Virus record (IMG/VR): IMGVR_UViG_3300027667_000003
Coordinates: 7,606 to 71,605 of that record
Origin: a virus
Strand: one strand, 5' to 3'
Length of the DNA: 64,000 bases
Part shown: positions 26,208 to 35,618 of the stretch, one piece after another
Layout: each line of letters starts with the position of its first letter
Position numbering within the stretch: position 1 is the first letter of the stretch
Made by a program: the position numbers and the translations under genes
The notes under the pieces: generated by a model
What the model was told of the DNA's origin: nothing
The model's database searches: none
What the model saw: the letters and a program-made list of their open reading frames with translations, nothing else

Positions 26208-26887
26208 GGACCGCTTTGGTTTTAATTGCTACCGGAGAGAAATATCGAAATTATGCAAAGGCATTTATAACCAATGCGAGAGAATATTTTGTGCCCCACG
26301 ATGTAGTTTTATTTACAGATAAACCTATGGAAAACACGGAGGCGAAGTATGCGGTCCCGTATACGTACCAAGGCTATCCTCAAGCCAGTTACCTTAGATA
26401 CCACGCATTTACAAGCATTCAAAAAATCTTATCTCGATATGATTTTATTTTCTATTCAGACGTTGACATGCGTTTCGTTGCTCCCGTAGGCGAAGAAATT
26501 TTTTCTGAGGGTATAACCGCCACTGAACATCCCGGTTACGTCGGATTAGCCGGAACACCTGAAACGAATGTCGCATCAACAGCGTACTGTCCTCAAGTGC
26601 GAACATATTTTTGCGGAGGATTTAACGGCGGATCCACTTCCGCATTTTTGGACATGTCTTTGGACATCGCTAGAGACATCGATATAGATCAATCCCGCGG
26701 AGTGCAAGCAATTTGGGTTGACGAGTCTCATCTTAACCGATATTTATTCGATCATCCACCTTCAAAAATTCTGAGTCCTTCTTATTGTTATCCTGAGAAA
26801 GACGATCATTACCGACAGATTTGGGCACGAGCGAATAGAGGGCCTTTTGAGCCCCGTCTTCTTGCCCTCGAAAAAGGTGGGCATTAA
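26204..26887 (+). CDS. GT6-family (ABO-type) glycosyltransferase
   Basis: IATGEKY, SDVDM (DxD), YFCGGFNGG, WVDESHLNRY. Confidence 0.88.
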   Translation: MRTALVLIATGEKYRNYAKAFITNAREYFVPHDVVLFTDKPMENTEAKYAVPYTYQGYPQASYLRYHAFTSIQKILSRYDFIFYSDVDMRFVAPVGEEIFSEGITATEHPGYVGLAGTPETNVASTAYCPQVRTYFCGGFNGGSTSAFLDMSLDIARDIDIDQSRGVQAIWVDESHLNRYLFDHPPSKILSPSYCYPEKDDHYRQIWARANRGPFEPRLLALEKGGH

Positions 26888-28320
26888 TGTTAGTGTCCAT
26901 TATCATTCCGGTCTATAACCAAGAAGAGTATCTAAGACAAGCGATAGAGTCGGCATTAACCCAAGATCTTTCTGATATTGTTGCTTTTCCGGATCTCGTT
27001 AATCTCGAAGTTATCATAGTAGATGACGGATCAACGGATGGTTCACTCAATGTGGCTCGCGAATGCAAAATACGAGAAATCGAACGTGAAGTACTTGAGT
27101 ACAGTCAAGAAACTAAACGATTAGCTGCCGAATACTTACAAAAGGTCGGTGATAAAATAAATATAGAATGGTACAAACATCGTGAGCAAGATTGCACGGA
27201 TCGTAAAGAAGGCCGCGAGGTAAGAACCACAAGAAAGACTCTTATAGCGCGAGAATTTGGATGTAGAATAAAAATCATTCAACAACCAAAAAATATGGGC
27301 TTATCTTCCGCCAGGAATGCGGGAATTAATGCAACGCATTCACGCAACGGGCACGATTTAATTTTACCTCTAGATGCGGACGATTGGATTGAGTCGAACT
27401 ATCTGAAAAAGACGATACCTCTAATGAAAGATAGAACCGGTGTTGTAGGAACGTGGGCATCCGTATTCGGCATAAAAGATTATATCTGGCATACACAGAC
27501 TCCAACAGTTGAAAAACTCATGGAGGATAATTGTGTTCCTGTTTGTTCTTTGATACGACGTGGAACATTAGAAGAAACCGGAAATTTCTATAATATACAA
27601 TTGAAGCATGGTTATGAAGATTGGAACTTATGGATTGATATTCTTAAAAGAGGTTGGAGAATTGAAATTCTTCCTGAACCTCTATTTCATTATCGAGAAA
27701 AACCGAATTCCATGTTGAAAGATGCTACAAAAATCCGACCTGAATTAGTTACAAAAATTCACTCTTTACATCCCGATCTTTGGCCTCCGGACGGTAATAG
27801 AAGTATGTTGGATAAGTGGGCAGGTCATCGAGACGCAACCGGTGCCAACGTTGCCGGCTTTTACGGCATAGAAGAGACTTATAAGAAGACTGCTGTCTTT
27901 CTTGATGATGGACCTGTAGAGGATTGGGGTTGCGGTAAGGCCTATGCTCGCAAATTCTTTACGCAGCCCTATGTAGGGGTAGATGGTACTCCGGACGGCT
28001 GCGACACCGTGGTTGATCTTACAAAATACACATCCAACACTCATGGAATTCTTTTAAGGCACGTATTGGAGCATAATTTTGAATGGGAGAGAGTGTTAAA
28101 GAACGCCTTGACATCCTGTGAGAAATTAGCTATTGTTGTATGCACGGCGTTCGGTGACACGACTCGACTATTGTATATTGATGAGTGGGGTATTCCTATC
28201 TTCTCATTTCATGAAGAAGATTTGACAAAGCATTTCCCTTCTTACACAAAAGAGGTTATCAGTGGAGAAGGGCAAGGTCAACAGTGTTCGGAGACAATTT
28301 TCTACGTGAGGGTAAAGTGA
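26887..28320 (+). CDS. GT2 glycosyltransferase with an internal insertion, fused to a C-terminal SAM-methyltransferase-like domain
   Basis: VSIIIPVYN, IVDDGSTD, NMGLSSARNAG, LDADD, EDWNLW; C-terminal EDWGCG and RHVLEH. Confidence 0.85.
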   Translation: MLVSIIIPVYNQEEYLRQAIESALTQDLSDIVAFPDLVNLEVIIVDDGSTDGSLNVARECKIREIEREVLEYSQETKRLAAEYLQKVGDKINIEWYKHREQDCTDRKEGREVRTTRKTLIAREFGCRIKIIQQPKNMGLSSARNAGINATHSRNGHDLILPLDADDWIESNYLKKTIPLMKDRTGVVGTWASVFGIKDYIWHTQTPTVEKLMEDNCVPVCSLIRRGTLEETGNFYNIQLKHGYEDWNLWIDILKRGWRIEILPEPLFHYREKPNSMLKDATKIRPELVTKIHSLHPDLWPPDGNRSMLDKWAGHRDATGANVAGFYGIEETYKKTAVFLDDGPVEDWGCGKAYARKFFTQPYVGVDGTPDGCDTVVDLTKYTSNTHGILLRHVLEHNFEWERVLKNALTSCEKLAIVVCTAFGDTTRLLYIDEWGIPIFSFHEEDLTKHFPSYTKEVISGEGQGQQCSETIFYVRVK

Positions 28321-29246
28321 GTTTTAACATTGACACCTGCCAATGGGTAATGTGGAGCGATCGAGATGATCGCAATACTTTTAATCACATTCATCGAGCA
28401 TTTCTCCGTGCTCTAAAGTATATGGGAAAAGAAGCTTATTACCTATCCAACGGGGATGATCTGTCTAAGTACGACTTCTCAAATACTATGTTCCTCAGTA
28501 TGAATTGCGTCCTTGAAGGGCTACCCCAAAGAGATGATTGCTTCTATTTCATCCACAATATTTCCAACGATCCTCATGAATCTTATTTTGACGGTCTGAA
28601 CATGATGGGATATGGTGTACACGTTCTATCAAATAAATATTCTTCGGCTGTTCAAGAGATAGGACCGGACGTTTACTTCGATGCTTCTTCTCGAACGATG
28701 ATGATGTATTGGGGAACTGACTTACTTCCCCATGAAATTGAGGCCAACAAACCCCTCCGAGTTTTCAACCAAGAGAGTCGCATATGTAATTATATCGGAT
28801 CCGTAGACGGGAATAAAAATAAAGCGATTAAAGACTTCTCCCGTGCCTGTCAAGAGAACGGCATTCAATATCAAGGATATGGAGGGTACAACAACGGCCG
28901 CGTTGTTTCGATCGACGAGCACATTCAACTCATTAAGGATTCGTACATGGCTCCGGCATTTCAAGGACTGGATCAAGTTGCGCAGGGATACATGTCCTGT
29001 CGCATTTTCAAAAATTTATCGTATGGTCAAATGCCACTTACTCACTCAGCTTATGCCAACGAGTTGTTTGGGGGAAAACTGATTTTCAATACAGATACGT
29101 ATCGGTTGTTTTTTGATGCGAAAGAACGCCTTCAGAGTATGTCGTTGAAAGAACTACACAATCTTATGGACGAGGTAGCCAAAAAGCATACCTATCTTCC
29201 AAAGATTGAAGCAATAATTAAAGCCGTTAAGATTTTGGAGGGCTAA
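28317..29246 (+). CDS. glycosyltransferase (GT-B, CgeB/YkvP-like)
   Basis: YWGTDLLP, NYIGS, YMSCRIFKNLSYGQMPLT, KHTY; cluster context. Confidence 0.6.
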   Translation: MSFNIDTCQWVMWSDRDDRNTFNHIHRAFLRALKYMGKEAYYLSNGDDLSKYDFSNTMFLSMNCVLEGLPQRDDCFYFIHNISNDPHESYFDGLNMMGYGVHVLSNKYSSAVQEIGPDVYFDASSRTMMMYWGTDLLPHEIEANKPLRVFNQESRICNYIGSVDGNKNKAIKDFSRACQENGIQYQGYGGYNNGRVVSIDEHIQLIKDSYMAPAFQGLDQVAQGYMSCRIFKNLSYGQMPLTHSAYANELFGGKLIFNTDTYRLFFDAKERLQSMSLKELHNLMDEVAKKHTYLPKIEAIIKAVKILEG

Positions 29247-30046
29247 TGATAAAAATTTTTACTTTCACATTCAATAAAATTGATTTTATCGAGTTACAGT
29301 ACCGAGCCCTTCAAAAGAATCTCAAGGACGAATTCGTGTTCACGGTTTTCAATAACTCTACCTTCGGTCAGGAGCGAGCAAGCGGTAACTACGAGAAAAT
29401 AAACGCAGAGTGCCACAGATTGGGCATTCCTGTTATTGATATCCAGATGGACAAGAAAATGGCCGAAGATTGCCAAATCATGGAAACAGCGGTTACTATT
29501 TTCAACCGTGGGGGCTCCTATACTTGCGCCAATGTGGCTCACGCTTACGCTTTCTATTGGGCCTGGAAGAGTGTTATCTCCAAAGAAAAAGATCCGATTC
29601 TAATACTGGATTTTGATATGTTCCTGGTAGCGCCCATCAAATTAACTGATTATCTGCAAAATTATCAGATGTGTTTTGTGCCTCAAGGAATAGGATTGAC
29701 CGTGGATTATATCCATCCCGGCTTCGTACTCTTTGACATGTCTAAGTTGCCAGATCCAGAATCTATGAATTGGTGGTGCGGCCGGGTCGAAGGCGTTCCC
29801 GTAGATGTTGGCGGCCATACAAGTTTATACTTAGCGGCGCATCCTGAACTTAAAACATTGAAATTGGCTTTTCAGCACGTACAGGACGATCCCGAAACAG
29901 ATTTTCATCCTTCAGATTATGCATTTCTTTTGATTGAAGGACAGCCTGTTTTCCTACACTATTACAGGGGCTCTAACTGGAATCAACAACCCTCTGATTA
30001 CCATATAAAGAAAACGGAATGGTTGAAGAAACGGTTGGAAGAATAA
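29246..30046 (+). CDS. putative GT-A fold glycosyltransferase
   Basis: VFNNS, LILDFDMF (DxD), FLHYYRGSNW; cluster context. Confidence 0.55.
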   Translation: MIKIFTFTFNKIDFIELQYRALQKNLKDEFVFTVFNNSTFGQERASGNYEKINAECHRLGIPVIDIQMDKKMAEDCQIMETAVTIFNRGGSYTCANVAHAYAFYWAWKSVISKEKDPILILDFDMFLVAPIKLTDYLQNYQMCFVPQGIGLTVDYIHPGFVLFDMSKLPDPESMNWWCGRVEGVPVDVGGHTSLYLAAHPELKTLKLAFQHVQDDPETDFHPSDYAFLLIEGQPVFLHYYRGSNWNQQPSDYHIKKTEWLKKRLEE

Positions 30047-30048
30047 GA

Positions 30049-30672
30049 ATGAAAAAATCATTCACCAATTATCCTAACTGTCACAGCAGTTCTCGACTGG
30101 ATGAATTTTGTGCCCGTCTGTTTAATTTCAAAAAAGACGGCACGTACGTTGACATCGGTTCAGCGCACTCAATGTATCATAATAACTCATATTTTTTAGA
30201 TTCACAATTGGGTTGGAGGGGGCTATGCGTTGAGCTTGACGGTCAATACAACAGTAGTTATGTAGATAGGAAAGGTTGCACTTATATCAATGGTGATGCC
30301 ACAAAAATAGATTACGCCGCTGCGTTTGCGAAATTGAATCCGTCCTCTTCTATAGATTATTTATCTCTGGATGTAGATGTGCTTGATCTGAAAGTTATTA
30401 AAATTTTACCGCACGATAAGTATCGGTTCAAGATCATAGGTATTGAGCATGACGCCTACCAATACGGCGATAAATACCGCGTTCCTCAAAGAGAGTTTCT
30501 TTTAAGCAAAGGATACGTTCTGACTTGCGCGGATATTTTTGTTCGACACCCAGATTTCGAAAATTGTCCTTTTGAAGACTGGTATCTTGATCCGCAATAT
30601 TTCAATAAAGAAGAAATAGAAAAAGTGAAGAGCGAATCGTGTTATCCAGAAGATGTAATCAGCAAACTATAG
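30049..30672 (+). CDS. FkbM-like SAM methyltransferase
   Basis: YVDIGS, NNSYFL...GWRGLCVE, IDYLSLDVD, FEDWY. Confidence 0.75.
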   Translation: MKKSFTNYPNCHSSSRLDEFCARLFNFKKDGTYVDIGSAHSMYHNNSYFLDSQLGWRGLCVELDGQYNSSYVDRKGCTYINGDATKIDYAAAFAKLNPSSSIDYLSLDVDVLDLKVIKILPHDKYRFKIIGIEHDAYQYGDKYRVPQREFLLSKGYVLTCADIFVRHPDFENCPFEDWYLDPQYFNKEEIEKVKSESCYPEDVISKL

Positions 30673-30694
30673 TAGATTTAAAAAGGAGAAACAA

Positions 30695-30985
30695 ATGGCA
30701 AATCTACAAAGAGCGATTGTATGCGGTGTAGAAGTTCAAGGAGACGGTGTAAACAACACTTTCATTCTTGATCTACTTCACGATCCGTATGTTATTTTAT
30801 TCGGTTCAGGAGTTTTAGGAACAGCTCAAAATTGGTTCGCTCAAAATCCAGGAGCTACACAACCAATCGGTGTGGGTGGTATTTCACCAAGTACCGCCAC
30901 TCTTGTTGATAACGTAATCACCTTCACTCTTAGTTCGGCTCCGCCAGTGGGGCAGAATGTCATCGAATTCACTCTATTTTTCTAG
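30695..30985 (+). CDS. beta-rich hypothetical protein
   Basis: AAGGAG RBS; rich in Gly/Thr/Ser/Val with few charged residues. Confidence 0.7.
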   Translation: MANLQRAIVCGVEVQGDGVNNTFILDLLHDPYVILFGSGVLGTAQNWFAQNPGATQPIGVGGISPSTATLVDNVITFTLSSAPPVGQNVIEFTLFF

Positions 30986-31000
30986 AATGAGTTAACAAAC

Positions 31001-31041
31001 TTGACACAGCCTATTTAGAATTCTATTTTAGGCTGTGTCAA
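31001..31041. promoter_or_regulatory. 41-bp near-perfect palindrome with TTGACA on both strands
   Basis: TTGACACAGCCTA / TAGGCTGTGTCAA arms around a central TAGAATTCTA. Confidence 0.5.
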
Positions 31042-31058
31042 ATTTCTTCGGAGGATTT

Positions 31059-31709
31059 ATGATAGAAACACAAAAACAAATTCTTGAATATTTTACCAAA
31101 TATAATTACGATTTCCTTCCCGGTAAAGATCCTTATACCTTCAAACCATTTCCCGGTGCCCTTGTACTTGATATCGGTGCTAATCTCGGAATGGTTACAG
31201 CATTCTGGGCGATGAATGGGGCGAAAGTTACATCCTACGAAGCGGATCCCGAAACCTATAAGATCATGACTGATATGTTCTCACGAACCGGTATCAATGC
31301 CGACGCGATAAATACTGCTATTTGGACCCACGAAGGCGAAGTTAATTTTAGGGGCGTTGGGCATATGGACGGAGATCGTCCTTGCCGTAACGGAAAAATA
31401 GAACAAAGTTCTAAAGCGACTCCCGTGCCTTGCATTACTTTTGCTTCTGCGTTGGGTGATACAGTTTGGGATTGTGTAAAAATGGATATTGAGGGTGCTG
31501 AGTTTGAAGTTTTAATGGGCACAGATTTGAATTCTATGAAGAATATTAAATACATGAATTTGGAGCTTCACGAAGAGAAAAATGATCCCGGATGGATGAC
31601 AGTGACTCCGGATCAAGTAAAACAGTTGCGAGAAAAAATGAGCCTGATTTTTGATATCAAAGATAGCGTTTTTTCAGACGGTTTTTGGCACCTGATTAAA
31701 AAAGGATAA
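31059..31709 (+). CDS. FkbM-family methyltransferase
   Basis: VLDIGANLG, SYEADP, CVKMDIEGAEFEVL; GGAGG RBS before ATG 31059. Confidence 0.88.
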   Translation: MIETQKQILEYFTKYNYDFLPGKDPYTFKPFPGALVLDIGANLGMVTAFWAMNGAKVTSYEADPETYKIMTDMFSRTGINADAINTAIWTHEGEVNFRGVGHMDGDRPCRNGKIEQSSKATPVPCITFASALGDTVWDCVKMDIEGAEFEVLMGTDLNSMKNIKYMNLELHEEKNDPGWMTVTPDQVKQLREKMSLIFDIKDSVFSDGFWHLIKKG

Positions 31710-31710
31710 T

Positions 31711-32652
31711 ATGAAAGACAAAATTGGGATTTTTCTTCCGGGTGCAAACGGCGACATCATGCAAGCCACATCCGTGTTGAAATACAAAGATGTTTTATGG
31801 CCCGACAAAGACATCGTTTGGTTTTGCAGTGCGCCGAATAATGAAATTCTGAAGTATAATGATGCTATATTGGAAATCAGGCATTGGCCGCATGGTTGGG
31901 GTTTACCAGAACGGTGTTTACTAGAGAATCCCAGTGCAATAGCCGATGGAAAACCACTGTGGGCAGATTTTAGTACACTCAAGGATTCAAACAATCACTT
32001 GGATCAAGGGCACAAGCACCTGTTTGAATCCACAAAGGATTTAGAGCGGGGGTATTTTCCCGCTCCTTGGATGATGTCAGTGGAGCAGCGGCACGGAATT
32101 GATTATCCTAATGTATCCAGAAAGGTGTTTGGGGCTGATCCGTCATGGGAGTGGCATCCTTATTTGGGTTTTTTAGACGGGGAAGAAAAGGCAGTAGCGG
32201 ATTTTTGTTACGGACTTCCTTATAAAAAGACTGTAATGCTGGAAACCTCTTTTTACTCCGGCAAATCGCCGTGGGACGATGACTTAATACGAGAAACTAT
32301 AGCCCTGTGCCGGCAAAAACTGGGCTCGTGCAATTTCATTTTCGCATGTTTAGAAGATAACTCTAGATTTTTTGATGTGGGTGTAGTATCTTGTTCTCAA
32401 TTTACAGTGAGGCAAACGGCATTAGTTAATAACTACTGCGATCTATTTATCGGGGTATCCAGCGGGATCTCTCAAGCAGTAAACTGTTGGGGAAATAAGC
32501 CGACCCCTAAAATACAGTATTGTGGATCTTTTACTATGAGTTCCATTTCAATAGCAAACGGCCCTTTCGAGCTTGTGACAACAGATCCGCCGAGTTTAAA
32601 TCATCGAGAACAATTCAAAACTAAGTTGTCTGATACATTGGATAAAATATGA
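31711..32652 (+). CDS. GT9 (heptosyltransferase-like) glycosyltransferase
   Basis: PGANGDIMQATSVL, ILKYND, CDLFIGVSSG. Confidence 0.7.
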   Translation: MKDKIGIFLPGANGDIMQATSVLKYKDVLWPDKDIVWFCSAPNNEILKYNDAILEIRHWPHGWGLPERCLLENPSAIADGKPLWADFSTLKDSNNHLDQGHKHLFESTKDLERGYFPAPWMMSVEQRHGIDYPNVSRKVFGADPSWEWHPYLGFLDGEEKAVADFCYGLPYKKTVMLETSFYSGKSPWDDDLIRETIALCRQKLGSCNFIFACLEDNSRFFDVGVVSCSQFTVRQTALVNNYCDLFIGVSSGISQAVNCWGNKPTPKIQYCGSFTMSSISIANGPFELVTTDPPSLNHREQFKTKLSDTLDKI

Positions 32653-32906
32653 AAATTAGTCTAGGCAATTTAATCGATCAATTAGCTATTGCCAATTTGC
32701 GCATTTGGGCGGCCGAAGACTTGAAGAGAGATCCAAAGGCCACCGACAAGCAGATAGCTGATGCCACCCGCATAACTAATGTTGCTAATCAACAGAGGAA
32801 CGATTTAATCCAGGCGATCGATGAGGGTTTGAACGAAATCGCGAAGGGTGAATTACAGAAACTATATAAACAGGGAACCACCAAGAAATACGGCAAGGGA
32901 GAATAA
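32649..32906 (+). CDS. small helical protein (DUF4254-like)
   Basis: SLGNLIDQLAIANLRIW...NQQRNDLIQAIDE. Confidence 0.55.
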   Translation: MKISLGNLIDQLAIANLRIWAAEDLKRDPKATDKQIADATRITNVANQQRNDLIQAIDEGLNEIAKGELQKLYKQGTTKKYGKGE

Positions 32907-32907
32907 G

Positions 32908-33426
32908 ATGAGCGACCCCACAAATTTACTCAATAGATTAGGAAAAGAATTCAATCTCCGGGATTTTGTAGAAACAGGAACCTGGAAGGGTGATAGATTT
33001 CGAGCCGTTCGGGGACAATTTGATCGCGCCTTTACGATCGATGTAGTCACAGATGCCCCCTTTGATTATGTTGAACCCGAGAATTATTTCTTTTTCAAAG
33101 GCTCCAGCGGGGAGCGGTTGGGTGAAATACTCCAAACATACGGAATTACGCGGGCTCTGTTTTGGCTGGATGCGCACGGCAACGAGACGTATTATGTAGA
33201 TGACGGCAAGGATCAAGTTCCAAAAGAATTAGAAGTGATCACACAATACGCTCCTGATTCTCTAGTAGTGATTGATGACATTACTTTTGCAAAAGGTAAG
33301 TATTGGGTTAATACATCATACGAATTTGTAGTTCCCCAAGGATGGCAAGTAAGATATTGGCCCTCAATATTAGGCCGACAAGCCATTTTGCATCGAGGCG
33401 GATATACCCTACCGGAAAACTTATGA
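32908..33426 (+). CDS. SAM-methyltransferase-like protein
   Basis: FVETGTWKGD, LFWLDAH, VVIDDI. Confidence 0.65.
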   Translation: MSDPTNLLNRLGKEFNLRDFVETGTWKGDRFRAVRGQFDRAFTIDVVTDAPFDYVEPENYFFFKGSSGERLGEILQTYGITRALFWLDAHGNETYYVDDGKDQVPKELEVITQYAPDSLVVIDDITFAKGKYWVNTSYEFVVPQGWQVRYWPSILGRQAILHRGGYTLPENL

Positions 33427-34652
33427 TAACTCGAACCACATGCCGAGTCTGTGAAGGACAATTCGAATCTGTTCTTTCTTTGGGAGAACAATATGTTTCA
33501 AACTTTTTACTGCCCAGCGAATCGGACGGAATTAAAGCACCTCTGGAGCTAGTACTTTGCAAGCAGTGTTCCCTGCTACAGCTACGCCATACCGTGCCGT
33601 GCAACGCGATGTATCAGAATTATTGGTATCGTTCGGGCACCAATCAGACCATGCGAAATGCTTTAGCGGATATTGCTAACACAGCCGAACAGTTGGTAGG
33701 TCTTCGCCCCGGAGAAGCCGTCCTGGATATTGGATGCAATGACGGCACTTTACTTGCATCTTATAAAACAAAGAATATTTATAGAATTGGTTTCGATCCC
33801 GCAGAGAATTTAGCACACCTATCCAGAGATGTAGCCCATGAGGTAATAATTGATTTTTTCACAGCAGAAAAATTTCAACAGCATTTTCCCTTACCGGATC
33901 TTCAACCTATGATCGTGACTTCTATCGCAATGTTTTATGATTTAGAGGATCCCAATAAGTTTGTTGCAGATGTCAAGAAAGTCATGCATCCTGACGGCGT
34001 GTGGGTTTTGCAAATGAGTTACTTGCCCATGATGCTAAAGCAGCATGATTTCGGAAATATCTGCCACGAACATCTTGAATATTATTCTCTGAAATCTCTT
34101 GAGTATCTATTAGATTTGCACGATCTCACAATCTGTGATGTGCAGTTTAATGATGTCAACGGAGGTAGCATTCGAGTTTTTATCATGAATGACGACGAAG
34201 CCAAGTGTGATGTATGTGCAATTAAAAGAATCGAAGCGATACTAGCTCAAGAAGATGAAATGAAACTAGATGAAATTAGTACTTATCGAGAATTCGCTAC
34301 TTGGATAGAGCGAATCCGAGATGATATATTTCAATTTGTAGATGAACGGGTATGCCAAGGAAAAAGAGTGGCTATATATGGCGCTTCAACTAAAGGGAAT
34401 ACTATGTTGCAGTATTTTGATTTAGACTGGAGATGTCTTGTTGCTTCAGAACGTAATCCCGATAAGTGGGGAAAAGTAACAGTGGGTACTCGCATTCCGA
34501 TTGTCTCGGAAGAAGAAGCGCGAGCCCTCAAGCCGGATTATTTCCTTGTGTTGCCCTGGCACTTCATCGAGGAGTTTGTTACTCGTGAGAAAGATTATTT
34601 ATTGGGCGGAGGAAGATTCATTGTTCCACTTCCACATTTCACTTTAATTTAG
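33423..34652 (+). CDS. NDP-hexose C-methyltransferase (Zn-binding N-terminus)
   Basis: CRVC...CKQC, VLDIGCNDGTLL, HEHLEYYS, YGASTKGNTML, PDYFLVLPWHF. Confidence 0.9.
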   Translation: MITRTTCRVCEGQFESVLSLGEQYVSNFLLPSESDGIKAPLELVLCKQCSLLQLRHTVPCNAMYQNYWYRSGTNQTMRNALADIANTAEQLVGLRPGEAVLDIGCNDGTLLASYKTKNIYRIGFDPAENLAHLSRDVAHEVIIDFFTAEKFQQHFPLPDLQPMIVTSIAMFYDLEDPNKFVADVKKVMHPDGVWVLQMSYLPMMLKQHDFGNICHEHLEYYSLKSLEYLLDLHDLTICDVQFNDVNGGSIRVFIMNDDEAKCDVCAIKRIEAILAQEDEMKLDEISTYREFATWIERIRDDIFQFVDERVCQGKRVAIYGASTKGNTMLQYFDLDWRCLVASERNPDKWGKVTVGTRIPIVSEEEARALKPDYFLVLPWHFIEEFVTREKDYLLGGGRFIVPLPHFTLI

Positions 34653-34664
34653 GAGAATATAGAC

Positions 34665-35618
34665 ATGAAGAAGAAAGCGCTCATTACTGGAATTACTGGT
34701 CAAGACGGATCTTATCTGGCCGAGTTCCTCTTAAAAAAGGGGTACGAAGTACATGGAATTATCCGGCGCACAAGCAGCAACAATACGGAGCGCATTAATT
34801 CTATCATTGATGATCTCCATCTCCATTCCGGCGATATGACGGACGCCGAATCTTTGAGTAGAGTCGTTCGAATTGTGAAGCCCAACGAAGTTTATAACTT
34901 ATCGGCGATGAGTCACGTACGCACCAGTTTCGAAGTGCCGGAGTATACCTCAGAAGTAGACGGGTTGGGTGCTCTGCGCTTACTCGATGCAATTAAGGAT
35001 GTTGATTATGTGAAGTTTTACCAAGCCAGCACCAGTGAACTCTTCGGTTTGGCCGGCCCCCCGCAAAGTGAATCAACGCCCTTTTATCCTTGCTCTCCTT
35101 ACGGGATAGCGAAGATGTTCGCTTACTGGACTACAATTAACTATCGTCAAAATTATGGGATGTTTGCCTGCAACGGCATCTTGTTTAATCATGAGAGTCC
35201 TCGACGAACTGAAACTTTTGTCAGCAGGAAAATAGCGAAAGGATTGGTTCGCATCAGTTTGGGAAAGCAAGACAAACTCTTTTTAGGAAATCTGGATGCC
35301 AAGCGAGATTGGGGTTATGCGCCCGAGTTTGTTGAAGCAATGTGGCTTATGTTACAGCAAAACAAACCGGACGATTTTGTTATCGCGACGGGTGAAAGCC
35401 ATACCGTTCGAGAGTTTTTGGATGTCGCCGCAGAGCGATTAGGTTTGGACTGGACTAAACACGTCGAAATAGATCCGCAATATTATCGCCCCATGGAGGT
35501 AGATTATCTCTTGGGAGACGCTTCTAAAGCTCGTCGAATTCTGGGGTGGGAACCTAAAGTAAAATTCCGGGAACTTGTGGAAATTATGGTCAAAGCGGAG
35601 TTGAAAAACAATGATTGA
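34665..35618 (+). CDS. gmd: GDP-mannose 4,6-dehydratase
   Basis: [57 protein letters not shown]. Confidence 0.97.
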   Translation: MKKKALITGITGQDGSYLAEFLLKKGYEVHGIIRRTSSNNTERINSIIDDLHLHSGDMTDAESLSRVVRIVKPNEVYNLSAMSHVRTSFEVPEYTSEVDGLGALRLLDAIKDVDYVKFYQASTSELFGLAGPPQSESTPFYPCSPYGIAKMFAYWTTINYRQNYGMFACNGILFNHESPRRTETFVSRKIAKGLVRISLGKQDKLFLGNLDAKRDWGYAPEFVEAMWLMLQQNKPDDFVIATGESHTVREFLDVAAERLGLDWTKHVEIDPQYYRPMEVDYLLGDASKARRILGWEPKVKFRELVEIMVKAELKNND

